A stretch of DNA of 64,000 nt, taken from contig DATMBG010000042.1 in assembly GCA_035559535.1 (NCBI GenBank), positions 62,001 to 126,000 on the forward strand, given 5' to 3'. A program made the position numbers and the translations under genes. Source of the stretch: Candidatus Limnocylindrales bacterium (GTDB lineage Bacteria > Moduliflexota > Moduliflexia > Moduliflexales > JAUQPW01). A model generated the notes under the pieces. That model did no database searches. It worked only from the letters and a program-made list of their open reading frames with translations, and was not told the DNA's origin. Shown here piece after piece: positions 37,303-48,039 of the stretch (its first letter is position 1; the number at the start of each line of letters is the position of its first letter).

Positions 37303-38331
37303 TTAACATTTTGTCAAGGCAATGAGGTTTTTTCTAAGATAACGAGCGATGATCCATCCATCGAGATACTTAAAGGGAAAAGTGCCGCTGGTATAATGGC
37401 CACAGGGAAGAAAAAATTTGTCATGGGGAATACCCAGTCGGTGGTATTCCTCGAAGAGTTGTTGAGCCAGGTAAGGGAGAAAGGTTAAATCGTATCTGGC
37501 GGAAATCAACAGACCGGCTTTAGAGAGGCCTTGCAATTTATGAACAAAGGGTAAGGGGCTGATCACAGACCAAAAGGTCCGCAGCTCCGGCAAAGAGACG
37601 TACCCTTCCAGGCCTTTACGAACATGTTGAGTGGTAATCCCCGTCCAAACCACGTCTGCAAAGTAACTGGATACATGATTAAAAGCTCCAACTCTAAGTC
37701 GGGTATCATGGCTAAAAGCGAGGAAAGCGATGCAGGACCCGATACTGGTTCCTGTAACCCCAAGATAGGAATAACCCTGTTGTTCCAGCCAATTTGCTGC
37801 TAATCGAACTTCCAAGACTGCCTGACGGCAGGCTTGAATGGTTCGTCCGATATTAGGGCTTACCAGGTAGTCGGCCCGTTGGAGATGGGCAGGTTTTCGT
37901 TTTTCGTGATAAGGTAACGTAAGTCGTAAAGCCGTCAATCCAAAGTAATTCAGTAACCGGCAAAGTCCCACATGACTTTCGGAATCTGCATTCCACTGAG
38001 GGATAACAATAACGGCTTTACCTTGGGAATTTACGGGAAAAAAGCGTGCATAGACCGTATTGTTAACCTGATGGGGAGTTTGAATGGGGCTGGGAAAAGT
38101 AAGCTCGTTCCCATGGAGGATGTATTCCTTAACCGGAGGAGGGGTATAAAAAGGGGTACTGTGGTTCAAGATTTTTGCAGCGTAAGCACGGAGATACTCT
38201 CTAGGGGAAAGCGATGGGAGGGAATCATTTCCATCGATCCATTCCAGACCCCACTCAAAGGGTAACACCCTACGATTTGTATCTTTTTGAGAACAGGCTA
38301 TTTCCCGGGCGTGGATCCACTTCCGTATCAT
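37303..38331 (-). CDS. Alpha/beta hydrolase
   Basis: GTSIG nucleophile elbow, ARYD acid, PCGH histidine. Confidence 0.8.
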   Translation of the reverse strand: MIRKWIHAREIACSQKDTNRRVLPFEWGLEWIDGNDSLPSLSPREYLRAYAAKILNHSTPFYTPPPVKEYILHGNELTFPSPIQTPHQVNNTVYARFFPVNSQGKAVIVIPQWNADSESHVGLCRLLNYFGLTALRLTLPYHEKRKPAHLQRADYLVSPNIGRTIQACRQAVLEVRLAANWLEQQGYSYLGVTGTSIGSCIAFLAFSHDTRLRVGAFNHVSSYFADVVWTGITTQHVRKGLEGYVSLPELRTFWSVISPLPFVHKLQGLSKAGLLISARYDLTFLPYLAQQLFEEYHRLGIPHDKFFLPCGHYTSGTFPFKYLDGWIIARYLRKNLIALTKC

Positions 38332-38412
38332 CTGTACGTACCCTGGGCTGTGGGTGGAGGATTAAGAGTCGCAGGTAGCCCCACGATCCTCCACCCACAG
38401 CCTGCCAGCTTT

Positions 38413-39750
38413 TCACCTGCCACTGATGGTCATTTCAGCAACTTTAAACGTGGGACTTGCAATAGCTCCCATAAACTCCAGATCATTTCCGACCATGGTG
38501 ATATTTTTCATCATTTCTTCCATATTTCCGGCTACGGTAATCTCATGGACAGGGTAGGCTAACTCTCCGTTTTCAATCCAGATTCCATAGGCGCCGCGAG
38601 AGTAATCCCCGGTTACCATGTTCGCACCCATACCCATCATCCAGACAAGGTAGAGTCCATTTTTTACACTGGCGATGATTTCTTCCGGCGTATGGGGGCC
38701 GGTCTGAAGGAAGAAGTTGGTCGGTCCAATGGTCGGGGTACTGGAATAATCTCGTACGGCATTTCCTGTTGGAGAAGCCCCTACTTTACGAGCTGTGTAG
38801 GTATCATAGAAATACGTTTTCAGGGTTCCCTTTTCCAGGACGATTTTTCTCCGTGTGGGGACCCCTTCTCCATCAAAAGGTCGGGATCCCAATCCCCCCG
38901 GTAAAGTTCCGTCATCGATTAAAGTGACCAAATCCGAAGCCACCTTATGGCCCAGTTTTCCGGCTAAAAAGGAGGCTCTTTTATACACGGCATCCCCATT
39001 CAGGGCACCAAAAATAGCCTGCCAGAAAGAGGCACCGGCTTGGGGATCGAAGACCACGGGAACTTTTTGGGTTTTTACTTTTCGGGCATTGAGCATGCGT
39101 ACAGTCCGATGTGCGGCTTTTCTTCCTATGGACTCCGGGCCGGCCAGATCCTTAAAAAACCGCTTATGGGACCACCACCAACCCACCTGTTTACGTCCCT
39201 GTTCCTCGGCGACGGTGGTACAGCTTAATTCCACAGAGGTGGTCGTATAACTGCTCAAGAATCCTCGAGAATTGGCTATTATAACGGTACCGATATGATC
39301 CCGGTACCTGCTTTCTTCGGTATTGTTAATCCGGGTATCGTAAGCAAAGGCAGCTTTTTCCATATCCCGGGCCATTTGGATTTTGGTTTCGTCCTCCACC
39401 TCTGCTAGATGTGGGTCAAAGAGATTTAATTCAGGGAGTTCTGTAACCTTCTCTTGGGGGAGTCCATGGTACTTATCGGGGGTACTCTCCCGGGCCAGAG
39501 CGAGGGTCTTTTTAACGAGATTTTCCAGAGCATCCGATGAGAAATCGGAAGTATAGCCAAATCCCAATCGACCTTCCACAAAAAGACGAAGACCCAACCC
39601 CTTGGAGGCTGCCCGTGTCAGGGTTTCTATGTCTCCCTGATGGATGTTTACCTCAAATCTGTCTCGATAGTGTAGATATACTTCAGACTCTGTAGCTCCC
39701 AGCTTTTGGGCCTGGGCTACCAGATCCTCTGCCAGATGTTTATAATCCAT
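38413..39750 (-). CDS. pmbA: PmbA/TldE protein
   Basis: SRPFDGEG, TGDYSRG, TVAGN; no HExxxH; adjacent to tldD. Confidence 0.92.
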   Translation of the reverse strand: MDYKHLAEDLVAQAQKLGATESEVYLHYRDRFEVNIHQGDIETLTRAASKGLGLRLFVEGRLGFGYTSDFSSDALENLVKKTLALARESTPDKYHGLPQEKVTELPELNLFDPHLAEVEDETKIQMARDMEKAAFAYDTRINNTEESRYRDHIGTVIIANSRGFLSSYTTTSVELSCTTVAEEQGRKQVGWWWSHKRFFKDLAGPESIGRKAAHRTVRMLNARKVKTQKVPVVFDPQAGASFWQAIFGALNGDAVYKRASFLAGKLGHKVASDLVTLIDDGTLPGGLGSRPFDGEGVPTRRKIVLEKGTLKTYFYDTYTARKVGASPTGNAVRDYSSTPTIGPTNFFLQTGPHTPEEIIASVKNGLYLVWMMGMGANMVTGDYSRGAYGIWIENGELAYPVHEITVAGNMEEMMKNITMVGNDLEFMGAIASPTFKVAEMTISGR

Positions 39751-39824
39751 ACAGAAACTTTAGGCTGCAGACCATGGGGTAGCTTTCTACTTTTCCACCC
39801 AGATTCACTGCCCAGGGTCCATGG

Positions 39825-41234
39825 CTACATGGCCGTTCCTCCTACGGTCATTTCTGAGATCTTCACCGTAGGCAATCCCACTCCCACGGGTTTTGACTGA
39901 CCGTTTTTTCCACAGGTACCGATGCCGGTATCAAACTCCAAATCATTCCCTACCCTGGTGACTCGGGTCAGAACATCCGGGCCGTTTCCGATGAGGGTAG
40001 CCCCTCGAACCGGTCTGGTAATATGACCTCCTTCAATGAGATACCCTTCGCTTACTTGAAAGACAAAGTTTCCCGAGGTAATATCTACCTGGCCTCCTCC
40101 CAGGGTTTTGGCATAAAACCCCTTCTGAACGGATCGAATGATATCTTCCGGATCCTCTTCTCCGGCCAGCATAAAGGTATTGGTCATGCGAGGCATGGGG
40201 ATATGGCGGAAGGATTCACGACGTCCATTCCCGGTTAATGGATGTTTCATCAAGCCAGCATTTAACCTGTCGTACATATAATCTTTTAAAATACCTTTTT
40301 CGATAAGTACCTTTCTTTGTCCGGGTATACCCTCATCGTCGATATGGATGCTCCCGCGTTTTCCGGCCAGAGTTGCATCGTCCACCACCGTGCAGAGTTC
40401 AGAGGCCACTTTTTGACCGATTTTACCGGTATAAAACGAGGTTTTCTTTCTGATGAAATCCCCCTCCAATCCGTGTCCAACCGCCTCATGTAAGAGAACT
40501 CCACTCCATCCGTGATTTAGGACAACCGTTTGAATTCCAGCCGGTGCCTCTGCAGCAGTCAGTTGCACGATCGCCTGGCGGGCTGCTTCCCGTGCAATGG
40601 TTTCCGGGGTAAACGTGGTATAAAAATCAAATCCAACCAGACCCCCTCCACCATAATAACCCCGCTGCCGAATCCCCTTATCTTCAGCCAGAGCCGTTAC
40701 ATTCAGGCGACAGATGGTTTGTTTATCCTCGGCCCAGAGCCCGTTGGAGTTGACAATGATAAGGTCTTTGGTGATATCTACAAAGCTGGCCATGACCTGA
40801 ATAATACGTGGATCATAGGCCTTTGCAGTGGTGTTGGCACGCCAGAGAAGATCCGATTTCTTTTTCACCTCGACCCCATCCGGGGGAATCTTCACCAGGT
40901 AATAGGAAGGGCCTTCATGCTGAATTTTTGAAATATTCACAGGTCCTATATCCCGCTTCGGCGAATCGGCAATGAGGGCAGCCGTTTTGGCCGCTTTTTC
41001 CAGATTCTCGTAGGAAAAATCGTCGGAATAGGCATATCCTGTTTTCTCTCCGGATATCACCCGAATTCCTACCCCCTGGATGACCCCACTGCTGTCTTCC
41101 TTAATCTTATCCTCTTCTAAAGCAATGGTATTCAACACAGTGTGTTCTATGTAGATTTCCGCAAAGTTTCCACCTCTGGAAAGGGCTATTCCTAGTAACT
41201 TTTCTAACATCGTCTGGGGTAATCGATATTCCAT
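39825..41234 (-). CDS. tldD: TldD metalloprotease
   Basis: HEAVGHGLEGD, DDEG, TGNGRRES, PRMTNT, CGKNGQ. Confidence 0.96.
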   Translation of the reverse strand: MEYRLPQTMLEKLLGIALSRGGNFAEIYIEHTVLNTIALEEDKIKEDSSGVIQGVGIRVISGEKTGYAYSDDFSYENLEKAAKTAALIADSPKRDIGPVNISKIQHEGPSYYLVKIPPDGVEVKKKSDLLWRANTTAKAYDPRIIQVMASFVDITKDLIIVNSNGLWAEDKQTICRLNVTALAEDKGIRQRGYYGGGGLVGFDFYTTFTPETIAREAARQAIVQLTAAEAPAGIQTVVLNHGWSGVLLHEAVGHGLEGDFIRKKTSFYTGKIGQKVASELCTVVDDATLAGKRGSIHIDDEGIPGQRKVLIEKGILKDYMYDRLNAGLMKHPLTGNGRRESFRHIPMPRMTNTFMLAGEEDPEDIIRSVQKGFYAKTLGGGQVDITSGNFVFQVSEGYLIEGGHITRPVRGATLIGNGPDVLTRVTRVGNDLEFDTGIGTCGKNGQSKPVGVGLPTVKISEMTVGGTAM

Positions 41235-41537
41235 GTTATCCTCCTTTTTTAAGATGCCAAAGCGCTATTATATTATATTACCCCAGAAGGGGAGGATGCT
41301 AGGGATTTCATAAATTCTGGTTCTGGATAAAGCCTGAGATTTTTCTTGAAAGGAAGGGAATCCTTTGATAAACTGAAAGCAAAATCCCGGCCCTGAATCC
41401 CCAGCAGGAGGGACCAATAAATCTGCTCATCTTAAGGAGGGAAAAAACCTTTAGGGAAAACATCCTCTATCAATTCCAGGTTGAAGGGTTTCATAAAGCT
41501 GTATCCCGTTCGCCCTGGGGGAGGAACTGTATCGTTT

Positions 41538-41960
41538 ATGGCTTACTTGGATTCGAAAGAGATCTTAGATAGGTTTGTGGAAACCTATTTAGAAGAACAG
41601 CGCATGATTGCACAATTGAAGGAGCATACCCGGGAGATCCGATATGATTTTCTCCGCAAAAAGGCAGAAAAAATCGTAGAAGAAGATCTCATCCACACGA
41701 AATTTCTGGAAGAAAAAATTAAAGAGAGGGGTGGATCTTTACCTGCTGCGCCGGCAGTTGTGATAAGAGGTGGTTTTTTGCGGGATAAACTGGCCTGGGA
41801 TCTCAGAGATAAGCAGATGTTAGAGGCCCGGTACATTGAGCTGGCTAACCAGATCCTGGATGAAGAGGAAGAGTTGGGAAAGGCCTTACGGAAAATAGCG
41901 AGGGAAGAAAAGGAGCATGAATCTTTATTGATGGAGATACTTATGAAGATAAACCCTTAA
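41538..41960 (+). CDS. Ferritin-like four-helix protein
   Basis: GGAGGA RBS; EE...EEDLIH...REEKEH pattern. Confidence 0.65.
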   Translation: MAYLDSKEILDRFVETYLEEQRMIAQLKEHTREIRYDFLRKKAEKIVEEDLIHTKFLEEKIKERGGSLPAAPAVVIRGGFLRDKLAWDLRDKQMLEARYIELANQILDEEEELGKALRKIAREEKEHESLLMEILMKINP

Positions 41961-42106
41961 CCGATTTGGGGTTTACCATAAATTTTTTCCTGCCGGTTTG
42001 ACACTTTTTTCTTGCCAGTTTGACCGGATTTCGCCTAATATATCCTCAAATCTTTTTAGTGCCTTGAATTTTCCTGAACCCACTTCCTAAAAAAGGAGAA
42101 GAGGTT

Positions 42107-42985
42107 ATGAAAATGACTGGACCCGCCGCTATTATGAGTAAAGTTATCGAAGAAACCCTTTCCCCAAAAGAAGATGAAGAAGAGAAGATCGGTTATATTC
42201 GTCCCTCCTCCCTGGCCAAGGGGTGTGTACTTTATGTGGCAATGGAATTGTTGAAAATGCCTAAGGAAGAGATCGATACCCGGGTCAAACGGATTTTAGA
42301 GGCCGGCACTTCGGGTCACCTTCGAATCGCCAGATATTTCTCTAAGATAACCGTTGCCAAAGAGTTACCCTTTATCGATGAAGAATACCGCATTAAAGGT
42401 CAATGCGACGCACTTATTTACATTTCACCGGATTTAGATGTGGAACAGAGTGGATTTTATGTGGTGGAAATTAAAACAACCAGTTCTGCCGAATTTGACA
42501 GGATTAAGGAAGCCGGACAGCCCAAAGAAGAACACGTCCTGCAATGTCTGATTTATATTTGGGGACTTACCCGCTATTATAAATCGATTCCGATCCGGGG
42601 AGGGATTATTTATTATGAAAACCGGGATACTCTGGACTATCACCTGTTTAATGTGGGATATGATGAGAGTCGGTTACTTCCTCTTTTGACCCAGGTCAAA
42701 GCGATGCTGCCGGATTTAATCATTGAGGGGAAACTTCCCATGGATGCCCATCTTCCTCTGGATCATTGGGGACATGAGTACTGTCCTTATCTTTCTATCT
42801 GTGAAGTCGGTCAGGAAGCCCTGAAACTCAAGAAAGAGAAAAAACCGGAAATTCCAGATCGGGTTCTGGCCGAGATCATTGGAATGCGGATTGTAAAAAA
42901 ACAGCGTGCTAAGGAAGAAAAGGCTAAATCCCGCAAGACCCCCCGGACATTGGAAGAATTATCCTCTGAGTTTAACTGGGAGTAA
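42107..42985 (+). CDS. PD-(D/E)XK nuclease, Cas4/RecB-like
   Basis: RPSSL..C, GTSGH, GQCD, VEIKT, QCLIY, HEYCPYLSIC; AAGGAG RBS. Confidence 0.85.
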   Translation: MKMTGPAAIMSKVIEETLSPKEDEEEKIGYIRPSSLAKGCVLYVAMELLKMPKEEIDTRVKRILEAGTSGHLRIARYFSKITVAKELPFIDEEYRIKGQCDALIYISPDLDVEQSGFYVVEIKTTSSAEFDRIKEAGQPKEEHVLQCLIYIWGLTRYYKSIPIRGGIIYYENRDTLDYHLFNVGYDESRLLPLLTQVKAMLPDLIIEGKLPMDAHLPLDHWGHEYCPYLSICEVGQEALKLKKEKKPEIPDRVLAEIIGMRIVKKQRAKEEKAKSRKTPRTLEELSSEFNWE

Positions 42986-43104
42986 TAAGGAGGAGATAGA
43001 CAAAAAAGTTACCTGGAGTTGGATGGGTTTTCCTTGCTTTTTGGTGGTAATTTAAATAAGATAATCTTTAAGGAAGCAGATGAGAAAGGTAGGATACGTA
43101 GGAA

Positions 43105-44094
43105 ATGGCAGATGAAAAAACGAAAAAGCAGTGGACAATTCTAGAACTTATTCAATGGACCACCCATTACTTCCAGAGCAAAGGTATTCAAAGCCCTCGC
43201 TTAACTGCCGAGCTTTTATTAGCTTATACCTTAGGGGTTGAGCGTATCTCTCTTTATATCCACTATGATAAGCCTTTGAATTCCAGGGAATTAGCCGCAT
43301 TTAAAGAAAATATTCAACGTCGGATCCGGAGAGAGCCCACTCAATACATCACCGGTAAACAGGAATTTTGGTCTATGACCTTCAAAGTCACTCCGGATGT
43401 TTTAATTCCACGTCCTGAAACCGAATTACTTGTGGAAACAGCTTTGAGGCTTTTTAAGCAGCCGGCTCAGACGGCAGATCCCTTGTCCGGCCCCCTTACC
43501 CTGGCCGATATAGGGACCGGAAGTGGTAATATTGCTATTGCCCTCGCAAAGGAATTGAAAAATTGTGTGATCTACGCCTCTGATATTTCTGAGAAAGCCC
43601 TGGAGGTTGCCCGATATAATGCAAAGAACCTTTTAGAAAATCCTGATCAGATTATCTTTCTGAAGGGAGATCTCTTACAACCCTTCGAAAAACCCGACTC
43701 AATTCAGGTCGAAGGGCTTGGGATACGATCCCCGTATCGGGAAGGGACCGGTTCTTCCGACAAGGTGAAATTTAACGGAATTCTCTGTAACCCTCCCTAT
43801 ATCTCAGAAAAAGATTATGCCAGATTAGCCCCGGAGGTGGGTCAGTATGAACCGAAGATAGCTTTGTTGGGAGGAAAAGACGGATTATCCTACTATCGTC
43901 GACTCTTTTCTACCTCGGCAGGACATCTTTTTACACCGGGGTATCTGATTCTAGAAATGGGATTTGGTCAGAAAGAGGCCATCCTGCAGATGATAGAGCG
44001 TACACCTGGGTTAACTTTGCAGGAAGTCGTAAAAGACTATGCCGGTATAGATCGGGTTGTTGTGGCTCGTAAGGTGGACGATGCCCGACCATGA
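43105..44094 (+). CDS. prmC: Release factor glutamine methyltransferase
   Basis: REPTQYITG, LIPRPETE, DIGTGSG, NPPY, EP..AL.GG.DGL. Confidence 0.96.
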   Translation: MADEKTKKQWTILELIQWTTHYFQSKGIQSPRLTAELLLAYTLGVERISLYIHYDKPLNSRELAAFKENIQRRIRREPTQYITGKQEFWSMTFKVTPDVLIPRPETELLVETALRLFKQPAQTADPLSGPLTLADIGTGSGNIAIALAKELKNCVIYASDISEKALEVARYNAKNLLENPDQIIFLKGDLLQPFEKPDSIQVEGLGIRSPYREGTGSSDKVKFNGILCNPPYISEKDYARLAPEVGQYEPKIALLGGKDGLSYYRRLFSTSAGHLFTPGYLILEMGFGQKEAILQMIERTPGLTLQEVVKDYAGIDRVVVARKVDDARP

Positions 44095-44104
44095 AAGGGG
44101 AAAA

Positions 44105-44998
44105 ATGAGATCCACGAATTATTCTAAAAGTCACGAAAAGCTCGAGGATATAACCTTCGTTATATTTGACTTTGAGACCACAGGTCTTTATCCCTTACAA
44201 GGAGATAAGATCTGTGAGATCGGGGCGGTTAAAACCATTGGTATGAAGACGGTGGATCAGTTCAGTCAACTGGTAAATCCGCTCCGCCCCATTCCTCAAG
44301 AAGCTTCCAAATTTAATGGTATTACAGACGCTGTGGTTCGAAAGGCCCCTGTTCTTGGGGAAGTCTTACCCAAATTTCTGGATTTTATCGATCCCGACGC
44401 GGTTTTGGTTGCCCATAATGTGCCGGTAGATCTCAGTTTTTTCATTGCAGCTTTGCAGGAACTGGAGCTGAAACCCCTCAAAAATCTTGTCATCGATACG
44501 CTGTATCTTTCCAGAAAACTCTACCCCCATTATCGCCATCACAATCTGGATGAGCTGAGGTATCGGTTTAAGCTGGGTTATTCAAATGTCCACCGTGGAC
44601 TTGGAGATGCCCTGGCTACCCGGGACCTTCTCTGGATTTTATTAGACGATGTTATGGACACGGGAGATGATACGTTTCAAGGAGTCCTCCGATTCCACGG
44701 CCTTCCCTATCGGTTTCCCAAAATCAGGGATATGGTAGCCCACCTGTATTCTTCAGATCTCGCGGAAAAGCTAGAAACGGCTATGCTGAATCATCGGGCC
44801 CTGCTCTTGGAATATATTTCTCCAGGTCAGAGTACTTCCCGTTTGGTCGATCCCTATTTCCTCTTACAGTTGGGTAAGCACTGTTATTTGAGAGCTTATT
44901 GCCATCTACGGGGTAAAATGAGTACTTTTCGATTAGATCGGATTTTGAAAATGGAGCTGACCGATGTCATTTTTACCAAAGACCTAAGTCTCTATTAA
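44105..44998 (+). CDS. DEDDh 3'-5' exonuclease (DnaQ-like) fused to a C-terminal WYL domain
   Basis: DFETTG, AHN...D, HRGLGD; RLVDPY...[10 protein letters not shown]...FRLDRI. Confidence 0.9.
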   Translation: MRSTNYSKSHEKLEDITFVIFDFETTGLYPLQGDKICEIGAVKTIGMKTVDQFSQLVNPLRPIPQEASKFNGITDAVVRKAPVLGEVLPKFLDFIDPDAVLVAHNVPVDLSFFIAALQELELKPLKNLVIDTLYLSRKLYPHYRHHNLDELRYRFKLGYSNVHRGLGDALATRDLLWILLDDVMDTGDDTFQGVLRFHGLPYRFPKIRDMVAHLYSSDLAEKLETAMLNHRALLLEYISPGQSTSRLVDPYFLLQLGKHCYLRAYCHLRGKMSTFRLDRILKMELTDVIFTKDLSLY

Positions 44999-45071
44999 CG
45001 TAGAGTCCGTTGTCTTCTGTCGGGGAGTGGATTATCCATTTTATCCCAGACAACAGCCAACGGACAACCTT

Positions 45072-46403
45072 ATGGATAAAATTCTGATCCGGGGGGGTAA
45101 ATCTTTAAAAGGTGTTGTAGAACCCAGTGGGGCGAAAAATTCAGCATTACCCATTCTGGCCGCGACGTTACTGGCCGAAGGAGAAAGTTGTATAAGAAAT
45201 ATCCCCCGGCTGCGAGATATCGATACCTTCACTTATCTGTTAAAACACCTGGGAGCCCAGATCATCTATCGGGAGGCCGAGGTCGGTTCGGAGACCCAGA
45301 TCCCTTCAGGAGATCCTCGCGACCCGGAGAGAAGACCCCCCTTGCCCTTACTTTACGTGGTTACAGATTCCGTAAATAACTTTGAAGCCCCTTATGATTT
45401 GGTACGAACCATGCGGGCTTCGGTTTTGGTACTGGGACCTTTGCTGGCCAGATTCGGAAGAGCTCGGGTTTCTTTACCGGGAGGATGTGCCATTGGAGCC
45501 CGTCCTATTAATCTACACCTCGAGGGGTTAAAACAACTCGGTGCAGAAATTACCTTACAACACGGTTATATAGAGGCTAAAGCCGGTCGATTAAAGGGTA
45601 CCGATATCTATTTAGACCTTCCGACGGTTACCGGAACAGAAAATATCATGATGGCCGCAACTCTGGCAAAGGGTCGAACCGTAATTCAAAACGCAGCCAG
45701 AGAGCCCGAGGTAGTAGACCTGGCAGAGGCTTTAAATAAAATGGGGGCTCACATTTGGGGAGCCGGTACCCAAACCCTTGAAATAGAAGGTGTATCCCAT
45801 CTTACCCGTTTGGATCATACCATCATGCCAGATCGTATCGAAACAGGAACGTTTTTAGTGGCCGCTGCCATTACCAATGGAGATATTGAGATTAAAAATT
45901 GCCGTCCTGAAGACCTCTCGGCTGTTATTGCCAAGCTTCAAGAAGCCGGGGTTTCCATTGACCAGCCCAGTCCAACCTCCCTGAGGGTAAAGCGGGACGG
46001 TGAAATTAAAGCTGTTAATGTTAAAACTCAGCCCTATCCGGGATTTCCTACGGATATGCAGGCTCAAATCATGGCCCTTATGTGCCTCGCTAAGGGTTCC
46101 AGCGTAATTACCGAAACCATTTTTGAAAATCGGTTCATGCATGTCCTGGAATTGCTTCGTATGGGGGCACAGATTCAAATCACAGGGAATACTGCCGTGG
46201 TACTCGGAGTTCCAAAGCTGAGCGGTGCTCCGGTCATGGCCACCGATCTCAGGGCCAGTGCTTCTCTGGTCTTGGCTGGACTCGCTGCCGAAGGGGAAAC
46301 CCTTATCTCTCGAGTTTATCACTTAGATCGAGGATACGAACGAATCGAAGAAAAACTCTCCAGATTGGGAGCCGATATAACCCGAATAAAAGATAGAGGA
46401 TGA
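45072..46403 (+). CDS. murA: UDP-N-acetylglucosamine 1-carboxyvinyltransferase
   Basis: [22 protein letters not shown] (active-site Cys kept), [16 protein letters not shown]. Confidence 0.98.
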   Translation: MDKILIRGGKSLKGVVEPSGAKNSALPILAATLLAEGESCIRNIPRLRDIDTFTYLLKHLGAQIIYREAEVGSETQIPSGDPRDPERRPPLPLLYVVTDSVNNFEAPYDLVRTMRASVLVLGPLLARFGRARVSLPGGCAIGARPINLHLEGLKQLGAEITLQHGYIEAKAGRLKGTDIYLDLPTVTGTENIMMAATLAKGRTVIQNAAREPEVVDLAEALNKMGAHIWGAGTQTLEIEGVSHLTRLDHTIMPDRIETGTFLVAAAITNGDIEIKNCRPEDLSAVIAKLQEAGVSIDQPSPTSLRVKRDGEIKAVNVKTQPYPGFPTDMQAQIMALMCLAKGSSVITETIFENRFMHVLELLRMGAQIQITGNTAVVLGVPKLSGAPVMATDLRASASLVLAGLAAEGETLISRVYHLDRGYERIEEKLSRLGADITRIKDRG

Positions 46404-46719
46404 AAATAACCCGGTTATTTATCCCAACCTTGAGTATTCCTTAGACTGAAGAGATTTACTATATCCGGCCTGCCAAGTGTCCAAAGACCGGGGTCTGGTG
46501 AAAATTAACTTTGAGTTTATTTAGTCCTTGCTTTTATTGCCTTCAACATAGAAACGAATCAATTGGCAATTTGTTTCTTTTAAAGATCCTGTAAAATTCG
46601 CCAGAATCCAGTTTTTAAGTTGTTTTCGCCAATTTCCCTACCTGTCAACGCATTACGGCAGGCAGTCGAAACACCAGGAGTAACAATCGTGTTTAGATTG
46701 TACCAGACCGGCGTGTGTG

Positions 46720-46769
46720 CTTCCCTTCCACCTGTGGTTCGACGTAACTCACCACGGGTGGAAGGAAGG
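46720..46769. repeat. Palindromic REP-like hairpin
   Basis: ccttccacc-tgtggt-tcgacgtaactc-accacg-ggtggaagg. Confidence 0.6.
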
Positions 46770-46907
46770 TGAGACAGGAGAGGGATGTAGGGATAAGGGC
46801 AGACGGGTTGTTAAAAGTTAACTTTACCATGTTCTAGTAAGAGAGGGAAAGTATAATTCCTTTCTCTGATTATTCAGCAACTGCTCAATGTCGGTTATCC
46901 TTCCTCT

Positions 46908-47609
46908 TTAGGTTTTTACCCCATATCCGATATACAACATGGATAAGTCCTCCCGGGAAAGCTTAAACTGAACATCATCCCGGCGAAATAATCCCCGCCA
47001 CAGGCTCATATTCGGAACAAGACCGTGGGTTTCCATATTCTGGATGCCCTGGGCTGCCATCAACTTTATTAATCTGGGGAGCGGAACCAGTTTTTTAAAT
47101 TGATGGGTCCCTTTGGGAATAAAACCACAAAGATATTCACCGATAAATTTTAGAACCAGCAGAGATTTCAAGGTCTTATTGATTGTATCGTATAAGAAAA
47201 GTCCTTCGGGTTTTAAAACCCGGCTACTTTCTGCAATCACCCGATCCAAATCTTCTACATGCTCCAGAAAATCAGAGCTAACAATGGCATCAAAAACCCC
47301 GGAGGGGAAAGGAAGGTTTTCGGCCTTACTACAGACCAAGCAGGTTTTGGTGAGATGGGGTCGGGCAGCCTGAAGGGCACTGGGAAGTCGATCTAGGGCA
47401 TAGAGTTCGATTCCTTCAACTTCCAGAGCTGAAGAAAGAATCCCACCCCCACATCCTAACTCGAGTACTTTTCGGCAGGAATGCCGTTTCAATACATGGA
47501 GAAAATAGGTGGATCGAGCCGGATTCATCCGGTGTAGTCCCCCCATGGGACCTTCCGGGTTCCACCACTCATCTTTTAGAGAATTGAATAATTCGAGATC
47601 TCGCTCCAC
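46908..47609 (-). CDS. UbiG-like SAM-dependent O-methyltransferase
   Basis: WWNPEGPMGGLHRMNPAR, LELGCGGG, LEHV, DTINKT, GTH. Confidence 0.85.
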   Translation of the reverse strand: MERDLELFNSLKDEWWNPEGPMGGLHRMNPARSTYFLHVLKRHSCRKVLELGCGGGILSSALEVEGIELYALDRLPSALQAARPHLTKTCLVCSKAENLPFPSGVFDAIVSSDFLEHVEDLDRVIAESSRVLKPEGLFLYDTINKTLKSLLVLKFIGEYLCGFIPKGTHQFKKLVPLPRLIKLMAAQGIQNMETHGLVPNMSLWRGLFRRDDVQFKLSREDLSMLYIGYGVKT

Positions 47610-48039
47610 TTTACAATGCCTTTAACCGTCAACTGTTCTATCCCTCTACTTTCCTGGGGTCCTTCTCTGGCCCTCAGGTAGGAGCAGGTTTCAAACTTAT
47701 TCTTATTTTAAATACAAATGGGTTTTACAAAAATTCCAGAATCCTTATCAAGTTCCTCAAAGGATAACTCAAAATATAAATATATCAAAAGATTCTCCCG
47801 TGTCATGGGTTATTTATCCTAGATAGTCATTAATTTTATCTCGTAGAGAGGAAGGTACGTAAAAGTCCTTTTCCTTATAGTGAGCAGTGAGGGTTTATCC
47901 CTTTTCATTCTTAAAAACCTATTCCCATGAGGTCCCGGGGGTCCTTGGTCAGGATCACCTTGACAGGAGGTATCGTAATAAATACCTTAAAAGGAGGGGA
48001 GCTGTTAAAAATTTATTTACAAAGGAGGAGAATCCTACG

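Noticed and set aside
19723-42985. The two Cas4-like genes as a CRISPR-Cas system
   Set aside because: They are 22 kb apart, with no cas1/cas2, effector genes or real array
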